A DNA stretch of 64,000 nucleotides from Coniocarpon cinnabarinum. Its lineage: Eukaryota. The stretch spans positions 1-64,000 of the forward strand of contig JAVECO010000091.1 of the NCBI GenBank assembly GCA_051942205.1, written 5' to 3'. Shown in pieces: positions 1 to 12,852 of the stretch. Within the stretch, counting starts at the first letter, position 1; each line of letters begins with the position of its first letter. Made by a program: the position numbers and the translations under genes. The notes under the pieces were generated by a model. It saw only the letters and a program-made list of their open reading frames with translations, was not told the origin of the DNA and made no database searches.

Positions 1-690
1 ATAATAGGTTTATTAACTAATTCTAGTTTAGCTATCTAAGTTTTAAATACTTAAATAATTATAAAAAGTTTTTATTATAAATCTTATAGTTCTATTTTAT
101 AAAAAGTATTTTTTTTAATATAAAGGTAATAGAGTAAAAAATTTTATTTATATTAAACTATAATAAAGTAGTACTAGTAATATTATTAAAAGTATTAGTT
201 TTTATAATAGTTTTTTTATCTAGATTAAAGTATATAAGAAAATCTTCTTTTTTAAAGATTTTTTTTAATTTTAGTAAAGACTTAGATATACTTAAAGATT
301 TATTTAAATTTAATATTTTTTTTTAGTTAAGATAGTTATTTATAAGAGCATACTTATATAATTTACTAGGTCTAGCTATACTTTAGCTATATACTATACT
401 TAGTTCTACTCTAGCCTCTAATTAGGCTATATATAGACTACTACTATAGTATATACTACTACTTTTCTACTTCTTTTACTACTTCTTAGCTATTTGTTAA
501 ATACTATACAATTATATACTAGTTTTACCCTACTTATAACTACCTTTTTATACTTATATATAATAACCTACTAAAAGCAATAAAGCAAAAAGTAAAAATA
601 TATAATAAAAATTAAGTATATAAATAATATATTACTTAACTCTATTTTTAGTAGTATTTTAGGTCTAAGAATTTATAAGATGTGCTAAGA
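1..690. repeat. AT-rich, RIP-like degenerate repeat/transposon relic (family not identifiable)
   Basis: Very low GC, abundant TpA, scarce CpA/TpG, no ORFs; changes abruptly to ordinary GC content near 700. This is the expected footprint of repeat-induced point mutation. Confidence 0.8.
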
Positions 691-2454
691 CTGCTATTAG
701 TTCTTAGACCTGTGCCGGGGGAGCTTCCTAATCGGGAAATAAATGATCCGCCCGCATCACATGCTCGGAGAGCTTTAGGTCGCTCTTTCCGGACTAGCGC
801 ATGGATGCCGGCAGGCCACCATTTTGCCTCTATATCATATGTCATGAACTCGATTGAAGATGACCTTGCGTTTCGAAGATTTTTGCTGCATTCGCTCTTG
901 AGCAAGTACATCCATGCCTCACTGACTCGAACATACCCGTGGAATACGGAGTACAATGGCAAGCTTTGTCAGCTCGCATGAGGAAAAGGTCCCGACCGGC
1001 CAAAGATTCCTGTTTGTAAATTGTGAGTCCTATTTCTATCTGGCACTGTAATTTTTTTTCCGACTTTCACGAACTCGCATCTACTCTTTGTAGCTTCTGC
1101 ATAAATTATGATTTAGGATACTTTCTTTGTGCTGTCTTGAGTACAGGTGGGTAGTATTCCGATGATCTCCCCCACCCCACACACTCTCTATCTCTACAGT
1201 CAAGACGCGTTGCGGCTCAACCCACGCTCGACTGCTCTCTGACTTTCGAATCGCGAACAAATCATGCACACAGTATTTATAGCCAGCATTGTTGCCCTGT
1301 CACAAAAATAGGGCAATCTGAAAGGCGCAAAATTCGACGCCTTGTAAAAGGGCTTCATTTAATTCTACTCCCACTTGTGAATGAAAAGATCACACACAGC
1401 AATTCATGATTTTAGCATTTTGTGACGAGGCAAGAGGATGTTGACTTGCTTTTAGAATGAATGACTTTACGGTTATGAGGCTATCTCTGGTTATGCTAAG
1501 CGCCAGATGCAACGCTCATGAACGACCATTCCTTTGGGTGCAATGACCCGACCACAGAGTCGTGACACAGTCTCAATCAGAATGCACCACGGCACGCCTG
1601 TCGCATGTAAGAAGTTGCAAATACGGAGTATTCGATAAACACGCCCATGGGAAAAGAGGCAGACGGCGTGTGACAGGCTGTGCGGGCACAGGGAAGAGAG
1701 GACGGTGCCGTCGTCTCTTCGTTTGTCTGGTTGAGTGATTTGCGAGTTCCGTCATGGTGGCGGAATCCCCCGTGCGGCCTACCGGACGGCCAGCTCCCAT
1801 CAGGGCGCGCCACGGCCGCTGGGCACGGACCTGGAGGACTTCGAGGCGCGGGCACGGACTCAGAGGCACGCTTCGCACGTGCATTAGCCTTCTCCACAAT
1901 TCCTCGGCCCTTCTGTTGTCTCGCTCTGCAACGCATTCCTTTTCCGCATCTCTGAATTGCCTGCATGCAGCTAAGTCGCTATGTCGACTGTACTAGGAAG
2001 CCAATGGCGGCGCTGTTGACAGACGAAACTGCTGGCTCCCTTTCAGGAGCTGACGTGCGTCCTTTGGCTGGCACAAATCGATGCAACTCCAATCTCCTTG
2101 TTGGAACCCTAGCCCCACGCCGTTTAGATTATTAGGTTCTCATCCGCAGCCTGTGCTCCATCAGGATCAGCGTCTGACAATTTTCCCGTGTTCGTAGCGT
2201 CGAGACCATGTGAGACACGCCACGGTACTGGGCTTCAGCGCCGTGGCCGGGCCTATGCGACATTAAGAAGTCCTTCCTCTCCTCTACCAGTTATTCTTCA
2301 ATCCCGTCCTTCCTTGCTCTTCCTCTTCTCTTCTCCGTCATACGTTGATCTCCTGCTGCACGACCACGCACGAAAGCGCGGCGACGTGAGAGAATCGTCA
2401 TGCGCCCCTTGAACCCGAGTATGTGAGGTGGTGAATGAGCCATCCACTCGAGAA

Positions 2455-4077
2455 ATGTCAGCCCATTTCCACGACAACGTCCCTTCGCGCGGCCACGCCA
2501 TTTACCTGGCCTGCATCATCGCGCCCATCGTCTCCGGCATATTCATTCTCCTCCGAGCCTACGCGCGCTTTTTCGTCACCAAGAAGAACTATGCCAGCGA
2601 TTGTATGCGCTCTTGTTTCTGGTCACATCCTTTGACGTAATCACAAAATCCACGAACCACTTGAATCGCGCGACTCAGCATGAGAACAGGTCTAAAATTA
2701 GGCCGCACATTGACGGATGCGGGCTAACAATGTCACTGTAGGGGTCTCATACATCACCCTGGTGTGGGTAATATGCTTTTCCATCACACTAGCACCTGCG
2801 ACATGGCATGGCATGGGGAGACATAAATGGGACAGTAAGTTCAATGTTGGCTCAGCCGTCGAAGCACCTATTCAGTGCTAGGTCATTGCGGGCCTTTTTG
2901 TTGTCAAAGTTGCGAGGCGATGATCCATTGTCTGACGCGCGACAGTCGATTCCGAGATGTCCTCCAACATGTACTTCTGGATACTGGTCTCGTCTGAATT
3001 CTACGTCCTATCCCTAGCTGGCTACAAATGCGCACTCGTACTCCTGTACCTCCAGCTTTTCGGCGTAAATAGGCGCTTCCGCTATATTTGTTATGGCGTA
3101 CTTTTCTACACCTGTGGCTATCTATTTTGCAACCTCATCGTCGAGGTTGGCGGGTGTCAACCGATTCGAAAGTTCTGGCTGCCCAAGACTCCTGGCCATT
3201 GCACCAACAGCGTGGCGCAAAATATTGCCTTTGGCGCTGGCCACATGACTAGTGACCTGGCAATCGCCATTCTGCCGTTACCCATGGTCTGGCGGCTGCG
3301 TCTGCGTTCGACCAAGGAGAAATGGGGTCTGGCTGCTGTGCTGGGTTCCGGCATAATGTAAGTCCTGTTGCTAGAGGCGCTCTCTTGGATGCGTAGCTTA
3401 ATCTTGTAAGCAACATGGCTGATATGTGTTTCATTGATAGTGCCTGGACTGTAGCCGTAGTCCGCTTCACTTACGCCTCTGTCGACTTGACCGCTGAAGA
3501 TCGTACCTGGATTGCAGGCACTACCTTCTTCTTGTCTGTGTTGGAGGTGAATACTGGTCTCATCTGTGGATGCACACCAGCTCTCAAACCTCTAATCATC
3601 TCTGCACGCGATACAACGCTGTCCTGGACGCGAAAGTATAGCACTTCAGGGTTCAGCCGGAAGCGCTCGCAACCGGGCTGGCCACACAGTGATGACACGG
3701 ACCGCACCGATGCCAGTGGTGGCAAAGGCTTCATCGAGTTGAAGCCCATGGACTCAGACAAGAGTCATAACAGTGCCGATGAAAAGGACAGACGACCGAC
3801 GTATTGGCAACAAGGCGGGCAAATATCATACGCGCCACCGGCCAAAGCAGCGGCAAGCATACCGTCTCAATTCTCATCGGCCCGCATGCCACGAAACCCT
3901 GGATCAGACAAGTGGGAAGGTTACAGCATGGCCAGTGCTGGTCAGCCGACGCCAGGTCGGCCAGCCGAGGTGCCGCACCTCACAAGCGAAGAGCTTTTCC
4001 AAGGTACTGGTGTGCCGAAGCCTAAAGGACCTTTGGAGGAGCGCAACGTATCGTGGTACACCAACGAGGCGGTTTGA
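2455..4077 (+). CDS. PTH11-like (rhodopsin-domain) integral membrane protein, multi-exon
   Basis: Exons read 'FILLRAYARFFV', 'LAGYKCALVLLYLQLFG', 'CQPIRKFW...GHC', 'SDLAIAILPLPMVWRLRL', 'LEVNTGLICGCTPALKP', all typical of the family; canonical GT-AG introns; S/P-rich C-terminal tail. Confidence 0.85.
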
Positions 4078-4763
4078 ACGCGTGGAAGATGTATTATACG
4101 AGGAGAAGCGCGATGATACCCGAAGGTGATCCGGACATGTTATGATTGATGTAATGATATGCAACTCGATAATGAATGGCTCTATTGCAAAGTACTTCAT
4201 TGCGTTCGCTGTGATGATGCGAAGATTATGGCGTGTTGGCTTATCATCGCGTTAGCTGTCTCGCCAAAGCCATGCAGTAACTCGCTTTTCAGGATGAGAG
4301 ATCTAATCGTACTGTCTTTACAGTGATATGATGCCATTCAAGGATCAGTGGAACGAATCTTTGACACCTGAAGGCTGCTATCTGCGCCGGACTAAGTGAC
4401 TTCCCTTGGTTTCCATAAAGCCTTGAAAACTCTGATGGTGGATCTTTTTCTCACGCGAACTACTTGAGGAAAACTAAATGAGGGGAGCCGCTGACAAGAT
4501 CTCGCGGGGTTAAATTGAAGGAGGAGAATCAGCATGGCATGGCGATTTCTTATATTGCACCAAGGAGCATCGCTCCAGCTTCCTCTTTAGCCGAGGTCTC
4601 GTATATTAGATGACATGGGATGTTTCGTCGCAAAATAGAGAAGAGTGATGAACGGCGAAAGAAGAGGGACTATGGAATTGCGTCGAATGGCCAACTATGC
4701 CGCCTTCGCTTGCTTTGCGCATTCATCTCCTGGTGATGAGTGCCTCGAAGTACTTCGTGAAAA

Positions 4764-5308
4764 CTAGCGCTCTAAATCCACAGGAAATGTGCCACCTTCA
4801 CGCTGTTCATCCCAGCGTTCGCACCAGGCGCTCGGGCAGAGCGATCGATAGGCAAGGTAGAACTGTATGGAATCATCAGCACTACTTTTGAGAGGTTCGG
4901 AGCCTGAGTTTGAGATGTATTCAAAGCATCAAAGATTTGAAAAGGGTGGCGCACCTGTCTGCATGGCTTGAAGTCTTCGCCCTTTGCAATGACACATTTG
5001 TGGTAGTCAACGTAGTTCTGCCAGCAGTGTTTGGTCTGGTTCATATTTGGAAAACGAGCATCAAAGCCTGGGGGTCAGAAAGTCAGCTCCATGATTCCGA
5101 GCTATCTCGAGCCGTTTCGCAACAACACAGCAATGCTCATGGTGGTCGGAGGAACCTGACGCTTGAGCTTGCAATGCCCGCCACTGAGAATAACGCACCA
5201 GCTATATCATTTTGTCAGTATATGTCACACATCGTGGACTACTGGGGTTGCCATACCTGTGACAAACTTGAATGGCTTCGTCTCGCGCTCATCGCTTTCT
5301 TCGGCCAT
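4764..5308 (-). CDS. COX12: Cytochrome c oxidase subunit VIb
   Basis: Spliced product MAEESDERETKPFKFVT..GFDARFPNMNQTKHCWQNYVDYHKCVIAKGEDFKPCRQ|FYLAYRSLCPSAWCERWDEQREGGTFPVDLER*, with the four conserved Cys of COX6B. Confidence 0.95.
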
Positions 5309-5607
5309 GTTGACGCACTTGCGAGCTGCGCTCTGAAGAGTGTATATGTCAAAGATCTGAGCTTATGTTGGAATCGAAGCGATGTCAGGATCAACAGTGA
5401 TGGAAAGTCGAAGTCGTCAATGAGCTGCACAAGCCAAGAAGATCGAATTGACGGAGAATCCATCTTCCGAGCTACCTCCGCGCAGGAGCTTCAAGCGCAG
5501 GTTAGCTACAACATCCAGAGCAACTACAAAAGACTTCTGGGGCTCTTGAGATCCTGCGATTTCTGCTTCAGTCTTCAGTAGCTGGTACGCCTTGTTTGAT
5601 CGCCGTC

Positions 5608-6193
5608 ATGCAGTCAGCAATTCGCGCTATGCGCTCTATGGGCGCGCAACCCACGCGAGCCTTTCAGGCCCGAGCAGCACAAGCATTGCGCTACCAAGCG
5701 AGACCGTCCAGATTTCTGCACCAGTCAGGCGTGCTGCGGGCAGTGCCAGTATGTTGGCTTGACGCAAGAGGAGCTGTTATTTGAAGCGCTAATCAATCTC
5801 TGCTTTAGAAAGAGGAACATAGCGGTGCGGTAGGATCTGGTTCACAAAAAAAGAGCGGCCGCTGACTGGCCTTAATTAGCACATACGATCTCTCAGCGTA
5901 TCCGGACGCTGAAGAAGATTCCCATGGAGTTGCTACCACTTGGTACCGTGCCCCACGCTTTTCTAAAGCCTTGCAGTCAATGACTGACTCTTCACCTCTC
6001 CCAGGTTTCGTCATGGTGTACGCACTCTCTTCTTCTCCCTCATACCTCGAGCGTTCGCTCACATACACATAGCGTCGCTATTTTTGCAGCGGTCTTCTCA
6101 ATGGGCCGTAAATTGTGGACGGACAAGCAGTTGCGCCTGTCTCGGTCAGGAGGGATTTCGCATCGAAACACAGAGCCAAAACCTGGACATTGA
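5608..6193 (+). CDS. NDUFA4/MLRQ (B12D-like) small mitochondrial membrane protein, five exons including 16-nt and 13-nt micro-exons
   Basis: Exons 5608-5748, 5809-5824, 5880-5942, 6005-6017, 6073-6193 splice in frame to an Arg-rich presequence + KEEHSAHTISQRIRTLKKIPMELLPLGFVMVVAIFAAVFSMGRKLWTDKQLRLSRS. The 'P.EL.PL' + TM + 'D..LRL' pattern matches the family. Confidence 0.75.
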
Positions 6194-6383
6194 AAATATG
6201 TCGAAGTACAAAAGCGAGGGCGATGGGGACTCACAATGTACCGTCTGGTCTTAGACCTGCACAAGGTCCGAGGGAATGGATAACATTATGGCGAGAGATT
6301 ACCGCCACGGTCTGTTGATATTCGTGGAGAGATGCCATGTGTGACGGAAAGAGTCAGGTATCAATGCACGGCCATGACGGGGT

Positions 6384-6821
6384 TTACCTTTCCTTAGGTC
6401 CCGCGACGTCAAGTCCCTCCAGTCCTTCCATAGGATCAACTTTCTGGTCCTCTTCCACACCTCCATTCTCATCAGCAGCCTGTTCGGCAATATAGCCTTC
6501 TTGTTCCCAGATCGCGGTCTTGCTCCCAAGTCCTTCGTTGGCCACCTTCGGCGGCTTTGCTTGTGCGACTTTCAACACCTTTCCAAATATTTCACTTTGG
6601 TCCATGTTGTACAGGGCTTCCTTTGCATCTTCCTCTTCCTCGAACTCTACGTATCCAAAACCTCGATGTGGATCATGAGCGGATGGATGCTCTGGTTTTG
6701 GTATCGTGATTTCAAGGATAGAGCCAAAGGGTAGGAATGCCTCGTGAAGTGTGGTTTGCGTGACACTGTTTGAGAGCCCGCTGACGAAGAGTGTGCGCTT
6801 GTTCTGAGATGGGTTCGACAT
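6384..6821 (-). CDS. Single-RRM protein, cyclophilin-E (PPIE) RRM-like
   Basis: RNP2 'LFVSGL', RNP1 'HRGFGYVEF', 'AKEALYNMDQSEIFGKVLKV'; no cyclophilin domain within the ORF. Confidence 0.85.
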   Translation of the reverse strand: MSNPSQNKRTLFVSGLSNSVTQTTLHEAFLPFGSILEITIPKPEHPSAHDPHRGFGYVEFEEEEDAKEALYNMDQSEIFGKVLKVAQAKPPKVANEGLGSKTAIWEQEGYIAEQAADENGGVEEDQKVDPMEGLEGLDVAGPKER

Positions 6822-7254
6822 TGGCAAACGCGTCTGCACTATCGCTTTCCACTGCCTGTCCCTTGCGGCCAGCTGCGCAGAAACACCACTAGGCTTGAAT
6901 GTGAGCCATTTGTCGCCTTATTGCTTGGCTAGCTTTTGTTGTACTCGACTTGTCGTGCTTGCGCATGGAGTGTGATTGTAAAAGGTAGGTAGAAAAGCGG
7001 GGCTGCAACCTGAAGTGCCCATGCGTTCCGCATTGGGACCTGTGCGCGCCAAAGAAAGCCAGGCTTCACAAACCCACCATTGAAGCGACAATTTCGTAGC
7101 CTGCTGCCAATCTTCGCCGATCGCTTTCTTTGATGCTTTTGCAGACTTCCCCTTGAATGCATGGGCTGCACAAGCATCTGCAAGCTGCCCTTGATTTCCG
7201 CTGAGCCTTGAGTTCCAGATTCATCCTCTTTACTTGTGAGAGGGGTGCGGCAAT

Positions 7255-10200
7255 ATGGGACGACTTCAAGAAATTCCGCGAACAGCGACGTTTGCATGGT
7301 CGCCAGACGTCACCACTCCGCGCATCGTCACCGGTACAAGAGCCGGCGCTGTTGATGAAGGCTTCTCTGACGAAACAAAACTCGAGTTGTGGACTGCAGA
7401 GTCAAAAGGAACGGGCGAAGCAACACCGATAGCCTCGATTGATAGCGATTCGCGGTGCGTCTCAGAGGGTGATGTAGTCAGCCACACACAACTAAACGGT
7501 GGTTAGATTCTATGATATTGCTTGGAGCGAATCAAGCAAGGAGCATCCAGAGGGAGTCATTGCAGTTGCACTTGAGAACGGATCTTTGGATCTTTACGAT
7601 GCACAGAAACTTGCCGGGGGTGACGGGTAAGCATACCAGCTTCAAGTCCAGTTTTGAAGCTGACATCTTACAGTGAAGCCGCTCGGCTGGCGCGAACCAC
7701 AAAGCATACCGGAGCAATCAAATGTTTACAATTCAATCCCCACCGGCCTGAACTTCTTGCATCCGCGGGCGCCAAAGGCGAGCTCTACATCACAGACCTG
7801 AGCAATCCTGAAAGCCCATCTCGAGTCGGTGCTGCTGCTGGCAGAGCAGATGATTTTGATACTATCGACTGGAATAAGAAGGTTCCCCATATCTTGGTTA
7901 CTGGTAGCGCAGGAGGATTTGTCACAGTATGGGATATCAAAGCAAAGAAAGAGAGCTTGACTTTGAACAACTATGGTCGCAAGCCTGTCAGTGCAATTGC
8001 GTGGAACCCGGATGTTCCCACCAAACTTGCAACTGCGGTACCACTAGATCAAGACCCACTGATATTGCTTTGGGACCTTCGAAATTCCAGTCAACCTGAG
8101 CGCATATTGAGAGGCCATGATCAGGGCGTCTTGTCTCTTTCCTGGTGCGCCCTAGATAATGATCTGCTTCTGTCCAGTGGGAAGGACAACCGAAACATTT
8201 GCTGGAATCCTCACACAGGACACATCTTGGGCGAATTCCCCATAGTACTGAATGCGGCATTTCAGACTCGTTGGTGTCCCCGTCAGCCTAATTTGCTTGC
8301 CACAGCCTCTTTCGACAACAAGATCCGCATCGAGACGATTCAAAATACCAATGCAAAAGCCACTGCGGACGGCGCTGGAGCTTCTCAACAATCTTTGGAT
8401 GCCGATGACTTCTTTGCGACTGCACAGACACAACCTCAGACTTCGTCCTTCACCTTACCCGCGGCACCAAAGTGGATGAAGCGGCCCGTGGGTGTATCTT
8501 TTGGGTTTGGTGGGAGGATAGTGACATTCTGTGAACCATCTGGACAAAAATCCAAGATCAAGCTTGACACCTTTGTCAGCGACTCCAGTGTGGAATCTTC
8601 AATTGCTCAATTCCGGGACGCTCTCAGGTCCGCAGATGTTTCGAGTCTTTGTGATTCAAAAATTGAGAACGCAACTGATGATGATGCCAAGGAGGATTGG
8701 AAAGCAATTCGCACGCTGCTCTCCGAAAGTCCACGCAAGCAAATTCTTACCCACCTCGGCTTTGATCCTGACGCTGCCAGCAAGTCTCAACTTGCTACAA
8801 ACGGTGAGACCGACAGAGTGGATGGCGAACTTGGATCTGCGGAAGACGAAGCGAAAAAGAAGGAGAACCGTCTCTCCCAGTTCTTCAGCGGCGATAACAC
8901 AAACTTTTTGACCGATCTTGCCTCCTCCAAAGGCGTCAAGACAAACAATCCTTTCCATATTACGACGAGCGATGAATCGGAAGCAGACAGACAAATAACA
9001 CGTGCTCTCATGCTAGGCTCTTTTGAAGAGGCCCTTAATTTGTGTCTGCAAGAAAAGCGCATGTCCGACGCCTTCATGATTGCCATCTGTGGAGGGCAGA
9101 AATGCATAGACAAGGCACAAGCAGCCTACTTCAGCCAGCAATCGAGTAGTCCCAACTATGTCCGCCTTCTAGCGTCGGTCGTAGGCAAAAATCTTTGGGA
9201 TGTGGTGCACAATGCTGATATTCAGAACTGGAAAGAGACTATGGCGATTCTTTGCACGTATGCGGACGAAGAGGAATTCTCAGATCTTTGTGAAGCTCTT
9301 GGTGATCGACTTGAAGATTCTGAGGCCACGAGAAAGAATGCTTCATTCTGTTACCTGGCGGGTTCCAAGCTTGAGAAGGTTGTTCCCGTGTGGTCAAGAG
9401 AGATGCAGGAACATGAAGCAGACCGCACCGAAGAGGCCGGTGACGACTCGGCATTTTCTATCCATGTGCAAGCACTGCAAAGCTTTGTTGAAAAAGTCTC
9501 GATCTTCAGACGAGCAGCACAGTACCAAGATCGGGCAGACCAACAAGAAGACGAGTCGGCCTACAAGCTCGATTTGCTGTACAGCAAGTATGCAGAGTAT
9601 GCGGATGTCGTTGCTGCTCACGGCCATCTCGACCTAGCAGAAGAATATGTGAACCTGCTACCAGACAAGTATGCGGCCGCGGAAGCTGCGAGAACTCGTA
9701 TCCAGCAAGCGCTGAACAAGAAACCTACTGTGGGAGCTCGAACTTCTTCACGTCCGGTTCCAGCTTCAGATCCACTCAAAGGTGCCACGCCAGGTCCGTC
9801 AACGGCCCGACCTCCTGTCCCGATGGCGCCCAACTCATACGCACCTACAAACGCTTACGCACCGCCAAACAATGCTCCGCAACCAACGTATGCGAATGCC
9901 GCATCGGCCAACGCTTACGCTCCCACTGGACCTTACGCACCGGTTGGTGCCTACCAACCCTCCGGTCCATCATTCGCTCCAGCTCCTAACGCCACTGGGC
10001 CACCTCCTGCTGCCGGTCACGTTCCACCACCACCTCGCGGTCAGGTCGACAAAGGACCAAACTGGAACGATCTACCTGATGGGGTTTCGAAGCCCGCTCG
10101 ATCTGGACGAGGGACTCCGGTCGTGCCTGGCCCCTTCGCATCCCAGCCCAATCCTTATGGTCCGCCAACGTCGTCATCGCCGTCTTACTCACAGCCACCT

Positions 10201-11174
10201 CAGAATGCATCAGCGCCGCTCCCACCACCTCCCAAAGCTGGCCAACCACCTCCACGAATATCGTCGCCCCCATCAGCTGTCCCACCATTGACTATGCAGC
10301 CTCCGCCTAGACCGTCCTCATCTGCGGCGAACGCCTACGCCCCTCCACCGTCTTCTAGCATGCCCGCACCAACTACGTCTTTACCACAGAGAAGTGCCTC
10401 GCCATACAATCCGCCCCCATCAGGAGGTCCTCCTTCCAGTCGCTACGCACCGGCTCCCACTGCTCCAGGTGGAATGCCTCCCACCGCAGGAGCCGCCCCA
10501 CCACCACCCATGGGCGCCGGCGGTCGTCCACCTGTGGCTGCAAATCCCTACGCCGCGCAAGGCCAGTACGCACCAATGCAGCAGCAGCAGCAGCAACAAC
10601 CACCGCCACCAGGCGCTCCTCCACCTGGACCAGGCCCACCGCCTATGGCTGCTCCACCCCGTGGTGGGCCTCCCTCCAGACCACCCACAGGCCCACCACC
10701 AACAGGCAGCGCTCGGCCGGGCTCCTCAACGTCACAAGGCTCAGCAAGCCAAGCCACGCCTAGACACCCGCCTGGCGACCGCTCTCACATCCCGGTAGAA
10801 GCACAACCCATCTTCGACGTCATTCACCCCGAAATGCAACGCATCAAGGCGCGCGCCCCTGCGAATTTCAAGCCGCAGGTCGATGACACGGAGAAGCGGT
10901 TGAACATTCTGTTTGATGGGTTGAATAACTTGACCATTCCGCAGGAGGCGGTGGCGAAGATGCGGGATTTGGCGGGGGTGATGCAGAGTAGGGACTTTGA
11001 GCGGGCACAGGGGTTGCATGGGGAGTTGTTGAGAGAGGTGGAGGGCGGGGGTAGTTGGTTGGTAAGTTTCTATTCGTCTTCTTGCCTTTTGTGAGCAAGG
11101 TCTGATCAAGGGCTAACTTGTGATAGGTTGGTGTTAAGCGTCTTATCAGCATGAGTCGAGCAACGCCTGTTTGA
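7255..11174 (+). CDS. SEC31: COPII outer-coat protein Sec31
   Basis: N-terminus [19 protein letters not shown]40 repeats, '[17 protein letters not shown]', alpha-solenoid, Pro-rich region, C-terminal '[19 protein letters not shown]'. Confidence 0.97.
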
Positions 11175-12852
11175 GTGGTTGTTGGGGACTGACACCATGG
11201 AAAAGGTGAGAGAGTAGTGTTGTGAGCCAGTCAATCGGTCAGTGAGTGTCACTATCTCGAGACACTTGAAGTCGATAGCAGTTGGTCATCAAAGTACGAA
11301 TCTGTCATAAAGAAAGTGACAACGAGTCACTGGCTTCCGTGCTACATCATAACACCTCAGCCCCATTCTGCGTCCGTAATTGCTTGCCCTGCATCAACAT
11401 TTCACAAATGTTCTCGATCACTGCATCGACTTGACAGAGTGCATGTGCTACGCAGAAGCTACTCATGGCAAGAGCAAGTCTAAATGTTGTATTATTGCAG
11501 TCACCCTAGCTAGACATGCTGCACATTAATAAAAACTTAGCCCCTAAGGCGAAATTCTGCAAGCGCACAGGCTATGATATAGTCAAGGCTCTGAAGAGCA
11601 ATCACTTACATTGTGCACTACCAAAATCTAAGGAAATGCGAATATGCCTAGAACCGCATGTCATTTTCTTGATAGAAAAGGCTATGCAACAGCGCGGCTA
11701 CGAGAGCGCTCCAAGCATATCAGAATTTCTTATTACGCGTTATACCTGCGGCAATGGGTTAGCAAGTATTACCTGGTACGCATGTTGTGAGGTGTGACTG
11801 TTCCATACTTCTAGTTCATCTTTGTATGCGAGCGAGAAATTTCATGAGCGATGTGAAGGGCTTGACATCGAAGTGCTACCCTAGTCGTTACGATACTGTA
11901 CATGATTTTTGGAAACACTTCATCTCGGTGGTCTTTATGCCTGTGGTCTCTATCCCCGTGGTCTAAAGCTGATATGCTAGACGCGACATTTAGATTTAGA
12001 CAACGTCTTGCTTCCGATTTTAGTATCCTGTTCACCAGACGCTTTGGAGCACTAAACCAAGACTACTATGCTAAAAGACTAAGACTGTTCATCGCACAGC
12101 CATGCCATCTCAGGGCCATCCATTAATTGCGTTGCATCATCCAGGACGTGGCTTGGGCGGATGGAAAGGGTAAGCCTCCTCAAGTTATCGAACCTTGCAG
12201 GCATCTACGCCTTGCAAATTGAATGTAACGAGCGCATGTCTGCACAGAAATGGCGAAGCGAGGCGAGGCGAGGCGAGTCGGGAAGGAAATTCGTGTCCAT
12301 CAATGAGAATGCACGGATTCAGTGATATCCTTGGAAGTAATGAAAAAAATCCAGCCCGGAGCGAGGCCTCCGAGTTTACATACCTCACGATTAACACGTC
12401 TTTCAGCAACATGTCTTCCACGTAGATTGGAACGCCTAGGGTGCTTGCAAGATGATTGACAGTGAAGCGAACAGCATCTGTAAGTATCAGCATCTCCCCA
12501 GACGAGGTTGGGTATATTGGCTGAATGTAGTTTTATGTGTTGATTGACTCATTGTTTGATATTGGTCGGTTGATCGGCTGTATGATTGTTTGTTACATTT
12601 ACTGATTGAATGATCATCTTTCATACATCGTACATGGGTATCATATCCTACAACTCTCTCAGTAGCCATGATGAAAACGTACATGACCCTAATATGGCAA
12701 TAATGTAGCAAAGAGAAATACCTCCAGCCCCTCTTTTGTCTGCAGAAACCCTCAGCCACACTCAGCGGCGGACGTCCACCTTCGACATGGGTATCGCAAC
12801 GTCGATGGTCGTCCTTTTACATCCGGACAATGGCGAGATAATCAACACCCCG

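Noticed and set aside
10578..10598. (CAG)n polyQ tract in SEC31
   Set aside because: An ordinary short tract within the Pro-rich linker.
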